From: an uncultured Clostridia bacterium
GTDB taxonomy: Bacteria; Bacillota; Clostridia; Oscillospirales; Oscillospiraceae
Direction: 5' to 3'
Length of the DNA stretch: 33,777 nt
Assembly (NCBI GenBank): GCA_946006895.1
Contig: CAMFZO010000001.1
Span: 1-33,777, forward strand
How positions within the stretch are numbered: the stretch's first letter is position 1; every line of letters starts with the position of its first letter. This document shows positions 1-7,909 of the stretch, one piece after another. Under the pieces are notes generated by a model. It was not told the DNA's origin. It saw only the letters and a list, made by a program, of their open reading frames with translations, and made no database searches. The position numbers were made by a program, and so were the translations under genes.

Positions 1-159
1 GGCATGCGTTTCGGCTCCCTGTTTGATGCCACCCAGACCATGGTCATCAACCTGGAGAACGGCACTTCTCAGGTCCAGGTCGTTTCCTGGTACGACAACG
101 AGATGTCCTACGTCTCCCAGATGGTCCGCACCATCAAGCATTTCGCAGAGCTTCTGTAA
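1..159 (+). CDS. gap: type I glyceraldehyde-3-phosphate dehydrogenase, 3' end (partial)
   Basis: Frame 1 reads [15 protein letters not shown]...[33 protein letters not shown] is the GAPDH C-terminal signature. Not in the ORF track. Confidence 0.95.
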   Translation, partial: GMRFGSLFDATQTMVINLENGTSQVQVVSWYDNEMSYVSQMVRTIKHFAELL

Positions 160-169
160 TGAAAAAACA

Positions 170-201
170 ACACGGACGTACCGCTTGCGGTACGTCCGTG
201 T
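170..201. terminator. perfect hairpin downstream of gap
   Basis: acacggacgtaccgc-tt-gcggtacgtccgtgt, starting 11 bp after the gap stop. Confidence 0.7.
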
Positions 202-210
202 CTTGTATCA

Positions 211-256
211 AAAAGCAGCAGCCGCCAACACTTCGGTGTTTGCGGCTGCTGTTTTT
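211..256. terminator. intrinsic terminator, probably bidirectional
   Basis: aaaa-gcagcagccgc-c-aacac-TTCG-gtgtt-t-gcggctgctgt-tttt: long stem, cUUCGg loop, A and T tails. Confidence 0.8.
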
Positions 257-293
257 CGGATCAAATGATAAAGAAGAACGGTATTTCATGCCC

Positions 294-509
294 ATACTAG
301 AATCTGATAAAAAGGTTTAAAACCTTTTTATAGCGCCTTCAGGCGCGTCAGATTCTGCATGATAAGCGCCCGCAGGCGCTATGCAAGCGAGCAACCGCCG
401 CTTGCGGCGGCACTTAGCGAGTCGCAGACGGCACATTGTGCGTCAGCACGATGTGAGTGTGCGAAGCACACGGGATTCTTGATGAAACTTTTTCATCAAG
501 AATCAGTAT
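294..509. repeat. multi-hairpin REP/MITE-like palindromic element
   Basis: Bounded by ATACT (294-298) and AGTAT (505-509) with imperfect terminal inverted repeats. At least seven internal stem-loops, e.g. 307-331, 333-346, 395-410, 457-471, 474-504. Confidence 0.6.
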
Positions 510-757
510 CAGTCAGCCTGGGTATTGATGCTTTCCAGGCAGGCGCGGCAGATACGCTTGCTGCGGTATTCCTGCAGATCCTCTTCCGCACCGCAAAAAA
601 TACAGGTCGGCTGCAGCTTCCGCAGGATGATCCGGTCCTCCTCCAGAGAGATCTCCAGCGGGTCACGCTCCTCGATATCCAGAAGACGCCGAATCTCGAT
701 GGGAAGGACAACACGGCCAAGCTCGTCCACACGGCGGACAATTCCCATTGATTTCAT
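509..757 (-). CDS. abrB: AbrB/MazE/SpoVT family transition-state regulator
   Basis: MKSMGIVRRVDELGRVVLPIEIRR..L.I...D.LEI motif with C-terminal CIFC...CRAC; RBS ggagaggg. Confidence 0.9.
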   Translation of the reverse strand: MKSMGIVRRVDELGRVVLPIEIRRLLDIEERDPLEISLEEDRIILRKLQPTCIFCGAEEDLQEYRSKRICRACLESINTQAD

Positions 758-806
758 GTATTCCCTCTCCTTGTTGCAAAATCGTTGTGCAATCTGGCGG
801 TACTTT

Positions 807-836
807 CATGATACCACACCTTTGGTATCATGTCAA
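807..836 (-). promoter_or_regulatory. sigma-A promoter of abrB with overlapping 10-bp inverted repeat
   Basis: Minus strand TTGACA(836-831)-17 bp-TATCAT(813-808) with TG extension; palindrome catgatacca-N6-tggtatcatg at 807-832. Confidence 0.75.
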
Positions 837-885
837 GTGTTATCCGCCTCTGCTATGCGGACATATGCTTTTATAAGACGGACCG

Positions 886-914
886 CATAATCCGTCGCGG
901 GAACGCATAGATTG
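886..914 (+). promoter_or_regulatory. putative sigma-E (mother-cell) promoter of spmAB
   Basis: cATAa(886-890)...CATAgatT(906-913) fits the SigE pattern ATA-N16/18-CATAnnnT; spmAB is SigE-dependent in Bacillus subtilis. Confidence 0.55.
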
Positions 915-924
915 TCCCGGGGGG

Positions 925-1512
925 ATGGACATGGTGATGGGCTTTGTGTGGGTGGGGATGCTGGTGCTTTCAGTGATCGCCTGCCTGGCAAAACAGAATC
1001 TGGGCGTTCTGACACCGGCGGCTTTGGAGGGCGCGGCCTCGGCAGTGACCCTCTGCCTTTCTCTGGCTGGACCCCTCTGCCTTTGGAGCGGACTGGCCAG
1101 AGTCATGGAACGGGCAGGACTAACGGAAAAGCTGGGGCGGAAGATGCGGCCTCTGTTTTGCAGGCTGTTTCCCCAGGCGGGGCGTGATGAGCTGGCCCTG
1201 GGCTATCTGACGGCCAACGTGTCTGCCAATCTTTTAGGGTTGGGAAATGCCGCAACGCCCATGGGCATCGCGGCAGTCAAACGGATGGGGCAGCTTTCTC
1301 CCGGCCCGGAGGCCAGCGACGAAATGTGCCGCCTGATCGTTATGAATACGGCGTCGATCCAGCTCCTGCCCACCACGGTCGCGGCACTGCGGGCCTCTCT
1401 CGGCGCGGCGTCCCCCTTTGATATTCTGCCTGCCGTCTGGATCACCTCCGTCGTTTCCGTGACGGCGGGGCTTCTGGCAGCGGCGCTGTTCGGGAGGGCG
1501 CGGCGTGCTTGA
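925..1512 (+). CDS. spmA: spore maturation protein A (Gate domain)
   Basis: LWSGL..VMERAGL and ANLLGLGNAATPMGIAA...LIVMNTASIQLLPTTV motifs; directly upstream of spmB. Exact start uncertain (925/931/937). Confidence 0.9.
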   Translation: MDMVMGFVWVGMLVLSVIACLAKQNLGVLTPAALEGAASAVTLCLSLAGPLCLWSGLARVMERAGLTEKLGRKMRPLFCRLFPQAGRDELALGYLTANVSANLLGLGNAATPMGIAAVKRMGQLSPGPEASDEMCRLIVMNTASIQLLPTTVAALRASLGAASPFDILPAVWITSVVSVTAGLLAAALFGRARRA

Positions 1513-2023
1513 CCTGCTGGTTCCGGGGCTGATGATCTTGATTGCGGTAATTGGATTGGCCAAAAAGCAGGACGTCTACAGCGCCCTGTTGGAGGGCGGT
1601 CTGGAGGGTCTGAAGCTGCTGCTGTCCATTGCGCCGGCGCTGGTGATGCTTCTTTCGGCGGTGCATATGCTCCGGGCTTCGGGAGCCATCGAGCTGCTGA
1701 CGCGTTTTTTTTCGCCGGTCTGCAAACTGCTGGGCATCCCGCCGGAGACGATGCCGCTGGTACTTCTGCGGCCCTTTTCCGGCAGCGCAGCGTTGGCAGT
1801 GGGGGCAGATCTCATGTCCACCTACGGCCCGGATTCCCTCATCGGACGGACGGCGGCGGTGATGCTGGGCAGTACGGAGACGACCTTTTACACCATCTCC
1901 GTCTATTTCGGCGCGGCGGGCATCCGTAAGACGCGCTATGCCATCCCGGCGGCGCTGATCGCGGACCTGAGCGGCTTTGTCATGGCCAGCCTGACGGCCA
2001 GACTGCTTTTCACTCCGCTTTGA
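1505..2023 (+). CDS. spmB: spore maturation protein B
   Basis: LRASGA, LLRPFSGS, YGPDSLIGRTAAVMLGSTETTFYTISVYFGAAGIRKTRYA motifs; GTG start overlapping the spmA end. Confidence 0.93.
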   Translation: MLDLLVPGLMILIAVIGLAKKQDVYSALLEGGLEGLKLLLSIAPALVMLLSAVHMLRASGAIELLTRFFSPVCKLLGIPPETMPLVLLRPFSGSAALAVGADLMSTYGPDSLIGRTAAVMLGSTETTFYTISVYFGAAGIRKTRYAIPAALIADLSGFVMASLTARLLFTPL

Positions 2024-3176
2024 TGGATTTGGCGTACTCAGAGGGGGAGATGCCGAAATTGTCCTTGAACTGGCGGGAAAAATGGTGGATGGTGGAGTAG
2101 TTCAGAGCGGCGGCGATCTGGGAGAAATTCATTTTTCCTTCGCGGATCAGACACTTGCTCTCCTCCAGCTTGACGCGGCGGATGTACTCGCCGGGGGAAA
2201 TGGACATCTGGCGGTGGAACAGGGCGGTCAGATGGGAAGCACTGACGCCGGTCTCCTTGGCGACGATCTCCACCGAAAGCTTGTCGTAGACGTGCTCGGC
2301 GATATATTGCAGGGTACGGCTGACAATGAGGTTCTCGTTGTGCAGGGCCAGAGGCGTTTTCAGCCGCTTCTTCTTGCCGCCGCTATTCCGAAGCACCGAC
2401 AGCAGCAGCAGCTTTAGATTGCAGCGGATAAAATCGGCGCTGAACTGGTCATCGGTGTCGATCTCCTGGAGAAGCTGCTTGAGATACACGGCCTCGGCGG
2501 AGGACAAGTCAAAGACGCGCCCGCCCAGATTGAGGGGGAAATCGCAGTCCATGTCGAAGGCGATGGTCAAAAACTTGGCGGTAATGTTGAGATCGGTGTA
2601 CTGGGTGTGCCACTGCTGGGGCGTGAAGATCATAAGCTGGCCCTGCTTGAGGAGGAAGCCGTTGCCGTCCACGACGCAGTGGAGCTGTCCGTGGTCGACG
2701 TAGGTCAGCTCATACATGGAGTGGCGCTCACCCTTGAACAGGAAGCCGCTCTCCTCCTCCCGGAAAAACAGCGTGTAGATCTCGCTCAGACGCAGCTTGT
2801 CCCGGATCTTCAGATCGTCGGAGACCTGGAACGGCGTCGTCTGGGTCGGGGGATTGCCCGTGGGAGCAGTCAGGCGGACGGAGCACTCCTCCTGATAGGG
2901 GACCGGGGCAAATTCCGTCCCGGCGGCGATGCACACCGGCTTGTCCAGATAGAAGCAGGTCACAGCACTGTTCTTACGCACAGCTAAAACGGTCATTCCC
3001 AGCTCGAAATCCAGGTAGACCGGCGCGGTGCAGCGGTAAAAGAAAAGCTCCTCGCGGGAAAAATAATGGACCTTTTCCGTCCACTCGGCGCCCTTGGGAA
3101 AGCCGCGGTTCGGCATACTGTCCCGCAAAACCTTGCCAAAAGCGGCAAAACTCTGCTTATTCAGATTTTGGATCAT
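2010..3176 (-). CDS. AraC family transcriptional regulator with extended N-terminal cupin-like region
   Basis: C-terminal double HTH (LSVEIVAKETGVSASHLTALF...FSRQFKDNFGISPSEY); central AraC ligand-binding cupin (GERHSMYELTYVDHG). Start set to MIQNL at 3176 using RBS gggagg. Confidence 0.85.
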   Translation of the reverse strand: MIQNLNKQSFAAFGKVLRDSMPNRGFPKGAEWTEKVHYFSREELFFYRCTAPVYLDFELGMTVLAVRKNSAVTCFYLDKPVCIAAGTEFAPVPYQEECSVRLTAPTGNPPTQTTPFQVSDDLKIRDKLRLSEIYTLFFREEESGFLFKGERHSMYELTYVDHGQLHCVVDGNGFLLKQGQLMIFTPQQWHTQYTDLNITAKFLTIAFDMDCDFPLNLGGRVFDLSSAEAVYLKQLLQEIDTDDQFSADFIRCNLKLLLLSVLRNSGGKKKRLKTPLALHNENLIVSRTLQYIAEHVYDKLSVEIVAKETGVSASHLTALFHRQMSISPGEYIRRVKLEESKCLIREGKMNFSQIAAALNYSTIHHFSRQFKDNFGISPSEYAKSIKAE

Positions 3177-3219
3177 GTCAACCGCCTCCCAACGGATATT
3201 ATGTAAACTAAATACCTGC

Positions 3220-4125
3220 TCAGCCGAACAGGATCTCGGGATACTTTCCGGCTCTGCGCATGGCGGCAATGGCTTCCACCACCGTGGGCAGATCCTCCCG
3301 GTAGGTCACGCCGTACCAGGTCTCATCGGTCTTGAGCACACGGACGCTTGCACTGCCCTCCTGAATGAGGGCGTCGGTGGCAAAGGGAAGATAGAATTCG
3401 CATTTTACCGGGTCTTTCGGCAGGCGTTCCTCCAGAAACAGGGGGAAACGCCGCTCCAGTTCCTCCATCATGGAGGGCTGATAGCCCCAGAAGTTCATGG
3501 AGACCACCGTGTCGCCGCTGAGCGGGACAAAGTGCTCCCCGTCCTCGGTGTAGGCGGCGTCACAGCCGCGCTTGAAAATCTTGGTCCGCTCCGTGACCTT
3601 GGCAAGGTTGCCGCCCTGCAGCTCGCAGATGCCCCGTGCCACGGAACCGTTCTCCGTCAGGGCATTTTTCAGCAGAAAGCCCACCATGGCGTATTCCCGC
3701 TCTCCGTGGGGCTGACGGAGGAAATCGGCAATGGCAATGTAGGCGCCGCGGCCGTAAAAATCATCGGAGTTGATGACGGTAAAGGGACCGTCCACCTCGT
3801 CCTTGGCGCAGAGCACGGCGTGACCCGTTCCCCAGGGCTTGGTCCGTTCCCCGGGCACTTGGAAGCCGGCGGGAAGCATGTCCACCTCCTGAAAGGCGTA
3901 GGCAACGTCGATATGCTTTTCCAGACCGGCTGTGATCTGGCGGAAATCCTCCTCGATGGCCTTTTTGATGACGAAAACCACCTTGCCGAAACCGGCCTGG
4001 ATGGCGTCATAAATGGAGTAGTGCAGGATGCTGTTTCCCTGCTCGTCTACCGGCGTCATCTGCTTGAGGCCGCCGAAGCGGCTGCCCATTCCGGCGGCAA
4101 GGACCACTAACGTAGGCTGTTTCAT
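3220..4125 (-). CDS. sugar-phosphate nucleotidyltransferase (NTP_transferase family)
   Basis: VVLAAGMGSRFGGLKQ, RTKPWGTGHAVL and VINSDDFYG motifs. Confidence 0.85.
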   Translation of the reverse strand: MKQPTLVVLAAGMGSRFGGLKQMTPVDEQGNSILHYSIYDAIQAGFGKVVFVIKKAIEEDFRQITAGLEKHIDVAYAFQEVDMLPAGFQVPGERTKPWGTGHAVLCAKDEVDGPFTVINSDDFYGRGAYIAIADFLRQPHGEREYAMVGFLLKNALTENGSVARGICELQGGNLAKVTERTKIFKRGCDAAYTEDGEHFVPLSGDTVVSMNFWGYQPSMMEELERRFPLFLEERLPKDPVKCEFYLPFATDALIQEGSASVRVLKTDETWYGVTYREDLPTVVEAIAAMRRAGKYPEILFG

Positions 4126-4176
4126 AAAGCACTTCCTTATATTCTTTGTCGTATTGCGACGGATACAGTAACTATT

Positions 4177-4273
4177 ATTATATCAAATTTCGCGAAAGGG
4201 CGCAACTCTTTTCCAAGAAAGAAAAATTTTTCTCCCCATAGACGTTGACAGTTGCGAAAAAAATGGGTACGAT
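4177..4273. promoter_or_regulatory. divergent sigma-A promoters for the nucleotidyltransferase and ppaC
   Basis: Minus: TTGCGC(4205-4200)-17-TATAAT(4182-4177). Plus: TTGACA(4245-4250)-17-TACGAT(4268-4273). Confidence 0.65.
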
Positions 4274-4302
4274 GAAGATAGAAAAGGAAAAAGGAGCGTA
4301 AC

Positions 4303-5919
4303 ATGGATACTATCTACGTCATCGGCCACCGCAATCCGGATACGGATTCCATTGTTTCCGCCATGGCCTATGCGGCCCTGCGCAACTCTCTGGGCGACCG
4401 GGAATATCGTGCGGGACGCCTGGGCCACGTCAGCGACGAGACCCAGCTTGTTTTGGAGCGCTTTGGCTTTACGGCGCCGGAGTGGGTCAAGACCGTGCGT
4501 ACCCAGGTACGGGATCTGGCCTATGACACGCCGCCGGCTCTGTCCTCCGCTGTAACGGTCAGCCATGCCTGGTCGGTGCTGACGGCGGACCGCAGCGTTG
4601 CCGCCATTCCGGTGACCAACGAGGACGGCACCCTCTTCGGTATGCTCTCCTCCGGCGACATTGCCGCCTGCGATATGAGCTCCATTGAGCGGCCCCACAT
4701 CGAGCAGATCCCCGTTTTTAATCTGCTGAGCGTTTTGGAGGGCCGTATTCTCAATGAGGCAGGCAATCTGGTGGACACCATCAGCGGCGACGTGACCATC
4801 GCCCTGCCCCAGAACCGGGAAAACCTGCTGTTTTCCTCCAAGGACAGCATCGTTGTCTGCGGCCAGCAGCCGGATATGGTGCGCCGCGCACTGGAGCTGG
4901 GGGTCAGATGCGTCATCGTCTGCCAGGCGGAGCTGGACGAGGAGCTTCGTGCCATGCCCACGGACACCTGCATCATCTCAACCCCCTTCGACGCCTATCG
5001 CGCCGTGCGCCTGATCTACCAGTCCGTCCCCATCGCCCGGGTCTGCCGCACCACGGACCTGGAGTGTTTCCACCTGGACGACTATGTGGACGACGTGCGC
5101 GAGGGAATGTTAAAGAGCCGCTACCGCTGCTATCCGATCCTGGACGAAAACGAGCGGGTGGTGGGTACCCTTTCCCGCTACCACTTGATCCGTCCCCGCA
5201 GGAAACGGGTGGTCCTGGTGGACCACAATGAGGCGGCCCAGTCGGTGGCCGGACTGGAGCAGGCGGAGATCCTGGAGATCATCGATCATCACCGCCTGGC
5301 GGACATCCAGACGGGCAATCCCATCTACTTCCGCAACGAGCCGGTGGGCAGCACCACCACCATCATCGCCGGTATGTACCAGGAAAAGGGCCTGATGCCC
5401 TCGGAAAAGCTGGCGGGACTGATGGCGGCGGCCATCGTTTCCGATACGGTCATGTTCAAATCGCCTACCTGCACCCAGCGCGACCGCAATATGGCCGAGC
5501 GTCTGGCGCGCATTGCCAACGTGTCTCTGGAGGAACTGGGACAGGCAATCTTCTCTGCCTCCTGGTCCGACGACAAGACGGCCAAGGAGCTGCTGTTCAC
5601 GGACTTCAAGGATTTCCACATTGCGGGCCACGATTTGGGCGTGGGACAGATCACCTGCGTCAATTCCGCCCACATTCTGGAGCGCAAGGAGGAATTCCTG
5701 GAGCAGATGCGCAAGACCATGGTGGAGAAGCACTACAGCCTTATGCTGCTGATGCTGACGGACGTGCTCCTGGAGGGCACACAGCTCATCTACCTGGGCG
5801 ACGAAGACACCATCCGCATGGCATTTTCCCAGGATGCCAAGGCCAACACGGTGTTCCTGCCGAAGGTCATGTCGAGAAAGAAGCAGATCATCCCCGCACT
5901 GTCTGCAATGTGGGGTTAA
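4303..5919 (+). CDS. ppaC: family II Mn-dependent inorganic pyrophosphatase with CBS-DRTGG-CBS insert
   Basis: GHRNPDTDS, LVDHNE, IDHH, EPVGST and SRKKQ motifs; regulatory insert of about 230 aa. Confidence 0.92.
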   Translation: MDTIYVIGHRNPDTDSIVSAMAYAALRNSLGDREYRAGRLGHVSDETQLVLERFGFTAPEWVKTVRTQVRDLAYDTPPALSSAVTVSHAWSVLTADRSVAAIPVTNEDGTLFGMLSSGDIAACDMSSIERPHIEQIPVFNLLSVLEGRILNEAGNLVDTISGDVTIALPQNRENLLFSSKDSIVVCGQQPDMVRRALELGVRCVIVCQAELDEELRAMPTDTCIISTPFDAYRAVRLIYQSVPIARVCRTTDLECFHLDDYVDDVREGMLKSRYRCYPILDENERVVGTLSRYHLIRPRRKRVVLVDHNEAAQSVAGLEQAEILEIIDHHRLADIQTGNPIYFRNEPVGSTTTIIAGMYQEKGLMPSEKLAGLMAAAIVSDTVMFKSPTCTQRDRNMAERLARIANVSLEELGQAIFSASWSDDKTAKELLFTDFKDFHIAGHDLGVGQITCVNSAHILERKEEFLEQMRKTMVEKHYSLMLLMLTDVLLEGTQLIYLGDEDTIRMAFSQDAKANTVFLPKVMSRKKQIIPALSAMWG

Positions 5920-5941
5920 AGAGAACAGGAGGAGTGCGATC

Positions 5942-6535
5942 ATGAAAAGCATCATCACCATCAGCCGGGAGTTTGGCAGCGGCGGCCGCACCATCGGCAA
6001 GCTGGTGGCCGAACGGCTGGGCTATCAGTTCTATGACCGGGAACTGGTCAACAAGGTCGCAGAGCGCAGCGGCTTTTCCCCGGAATTCATCGAGGAAGGC
6101 GGCGAATACGCCAGCGCCAAGAGCAGTCTGCTGTTCGCCATGGCCACGGCGGGGCAGTACAGTGCCGACGGTCTTTCCATGCACGACCGGCTCTACATCG
6201 AGCAGACCAGATTCATTGAGGAACTGGCGGAGCAGGGAAAATGCGTTATCGTCGGGCGCTGCGCCGACTACATCCTGCGGGACAACAAGGACTGTCTCCA
6301 TGTGTTCATCCACGCGGATATGGCAAGCCGCGCCAAGCGTATCGTGGAGCGCTACGGAGAAAAGGACAAGTCGCCGGAGAAGCGCCTGGCGGAAAAGGAC
6401 CAGAAGCGCCGCGTCTACTACAAGAATTACACGGGCCGCAACTGGGGACAGGCGCAGAACTATGACCTGTGCCTCAACAGCGGCGTTTTGGGCGAGGAAG
6501 CCTGCGTAGAGCTGATCGTCGCCGCGTGTAAGTAA
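5942..6535 (+). CDS. cytidylate kinase-like family protein
   Basis: ITISREFGSGGRTIGK P-loop, CVIVGRCADYIL, NYDLCLNS; ATG at 5942 behind ggagg. Confidence 0.85.
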   Translation: MKSIITISREFGSGGRTIGKLVAERLGYQFYDRELVNKVAERSGFSPEFIEEGGEYASAKSSLLFAMATAGQYSADGLSMHDRLYIEQTRFIEELAEQGKCVIVGRCADYILRDNKDCLHVFIHADMASRAKRIVERYGEKDKSPEKRLAEKDQKRRVYYKNYTGRNWGQAQNYDLCLNSGVLGEEACVELIVAACK

Positions 6536-6669
6536 TTCACCGCTTCAGGCAGAAGCCGGAAAACAATAGAAAGCACAAAAAGGGGATTCCTCCCAGTTCC
6601 GCTTTCCCCTGATAAAACCGGATCCTGTGCATATGCTAACCACAGCGTAGGAGCAAAGGAGCGGTTTTT

Positions 6670-6981
6670 ATGATACACCTGACCAATGAAAACTTCCGCA
6701 GGGAGACGGAATTTGCCGAGCAGCCGGTGCTCATTGACTTCTATCAGGACAACTGTGTCCCCTGCCGGAGCATGGAACCGGTATTTGACAAGCTGGAGGC
6801 CATCTACGGCGAGCGCTATAAATTCTGCAAGGCCAATGTGGGCGAGCAGGAGGGGCTGGCGCAGCAATTCGACATCCTCAGCGTGCCGACCATCATTATG
6901 ATGCTTGATGGAGAGATCCTCCACCGCGTCAACGGCCTGCGCAGCCAGGAGGAGCTGTGCAGCATCCTGAATCTAAGCTAA
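6670..6981 (+). CDS. thioredoxin family protein
   Basis: PVLIDFY..NCVPC CxxC motif, cis-Pro SVPT motif, 103 aa. Confidence 0.88.
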   Translation: MIHLTNENFRRETEFAEQPVLIDFYQDNCVPCRSMEPVFDKLEAIYGERYKFCKANVGEQEGLAQQFDILSVPTIIMMLDGEILHRVNGLRSQEELCSILNLS

Positions 6982-6990
6982 GCCAAATCA

Positions 6991-7024
6991 AAGGGCGCGC
7001 TGCAAACCGCTGCAGCGCGCCCTT
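6991..7024. terminator. bidirectional terminator between thioredoxin and aspartate kinase
   Basis: aagggcgcgctgca-aaccgc-tgcagcgcgccctt, 14-bp perfect stem between convergent genes. Confidence 0.75.
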
Positions 7025-7043
7025 GCAACCAGAGCGGAAAAGG

Positions 7044-7772
7044 TCATCCGTGGACCAGCGTGCCGGGCAGATCCCGGAAGGAGGAAAGCACCTCTACCTC
7101 CACGCCGTACTGCTTTGCCAGCTCCACACAGCGGTCGTGGAGGACCTTCGCGCCGCTGCGGGCCAGAACCAGCATTTCGTTGTAGGAGATCTCCGGGAAT
7201 TTGACCGCGTCGGGAAATTTTCGCGGGTCGCGGTCGTAAACGCCGTCCACGTCGGTGTAGATGCGGCAGCGGTCGGCGTGGAGAAAGGCCGCCAGAGCGA
7301 CGGCAGTGGTGTCGGAGCCGCCTCGTCCCAGGGTGGTGATGTCGCCGTGGCAGTCCACCCCCTGAAAGCCTGCCACCAGGACGAGCTTGCCCAACTCCAG
7401 CTCCCGTTTGATCCGGTCGTTTTCCAGGCAGAGGACCCGTGCGTCGCCGTGACGGTCCTCTGTTTTCAGCCCGGCCTGCCAGCCGCAGAGACTGACGGCG
7501 GACAATCCCAGCCGGCGCAGGGCCATGGCGCACAGGCTGACGGCGCATTGCTCTCCCGTGGCCAGGAGCATATCCAGCTCCCGTCCGCCGCAGTCCGGGT
7601 CGATCTCCCGCGCCCGGGACAAGAGCGCGTCTGTCGTGCCGCCCTGGGCGGACAGCACGCCGACCACCTGATGCCGCTGCCTGTGTACCTCTGCCAGCTT
7701 CCGGGCGGCGGCATAGAGCTTTTTTGCGTCCGCCACGGAGCTTCCACCGAATTTCATTACGTAGCACGACAT
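7044..7772 (-). CDS. aspartate kinase, catalytic domain only (no ACT domains)
   Basis: VMKFGGSS, RELDMLLATGE, VAGFQG, TTLGRGGSDTTA, IYTDVDGVY..DPR, GAKVLHDR. Start MSCYV at 7772; 242 aa. Confidence 0.88.
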   Translation of the reverse strand: MSCYVMKFGGSSVADAKKLYAAARKLAEVHRQRHQVVGVLSAQGGTTDALLSRAREIDPDCGGRELDMLLATGEQCAVSLCAMALRRLGLSAVSLCGWQAGLKTEDRHGDARVLCLENDRIKRELELGKLVLVAGFQGVDCHGDITTLGRGGSDTTAVALAAFLHADRCRIYTDVDGVYDRDPRKFPDAVKFPEISYNEMLVLARSGAKVLHDRCVELAKQYGVEVEVLSSFRDLPGTLVHG

Positions 7773-7879
7773 TTTCTTCGCCCCCCTTCGCACCAATCTA
7801 TGCGAAAAGAGGAAGAAGCGACACAAAAATCCGTTTACAAAGGCCGGCGGATATGGTATCATAAACAAAGATGCGGGCG

Positions 7880-7909
7880 AAAAAAAGCCCCCCGAACAAT
7901 TCGGAGGGC
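7880..7909 (-). terminator. orphan intrinsic terminator (minus strand)
   Basis: Minus strand gccctccgaa-ttg-ttcggggggc-ttttttt, with no minus-strand gene directly upstream. Confidence 0.7.

Noticed and set aside
23-268. 81-aa ORF from the track
   Set aside because: Off-frame shadow of the gap 3' end running through terminators; frame 1 gives clear GAPDH motifs.
294-509. Possible CRISPR array, tRNA or hammerhead ribozyme
   Set aside because: No equal-length direct repeats with spacers, no cas genes, no tRNA T-loop/D-loop consensus, and no intact CUGAUGA/GAAA core arrangement.
359-751. 130-aa plus-strand ORF across the hairpin element
   Set aside because: Antisense to abrB and spans palindromic DNA; no RBS or recognisable protein features.
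770-800. Spo0A boxes downstream of the abrB promoter
   Set aside because: Only loose ttgcaca/ttgcaac look-alikes; no TGNCGAA match.
4303-5919. Functional link between CBS-PPase and the VTC/polyP operon
   Set aside because: About 20 kb apart with unrelated housekeeping genes in between; no sequence evidence of co-regulation.
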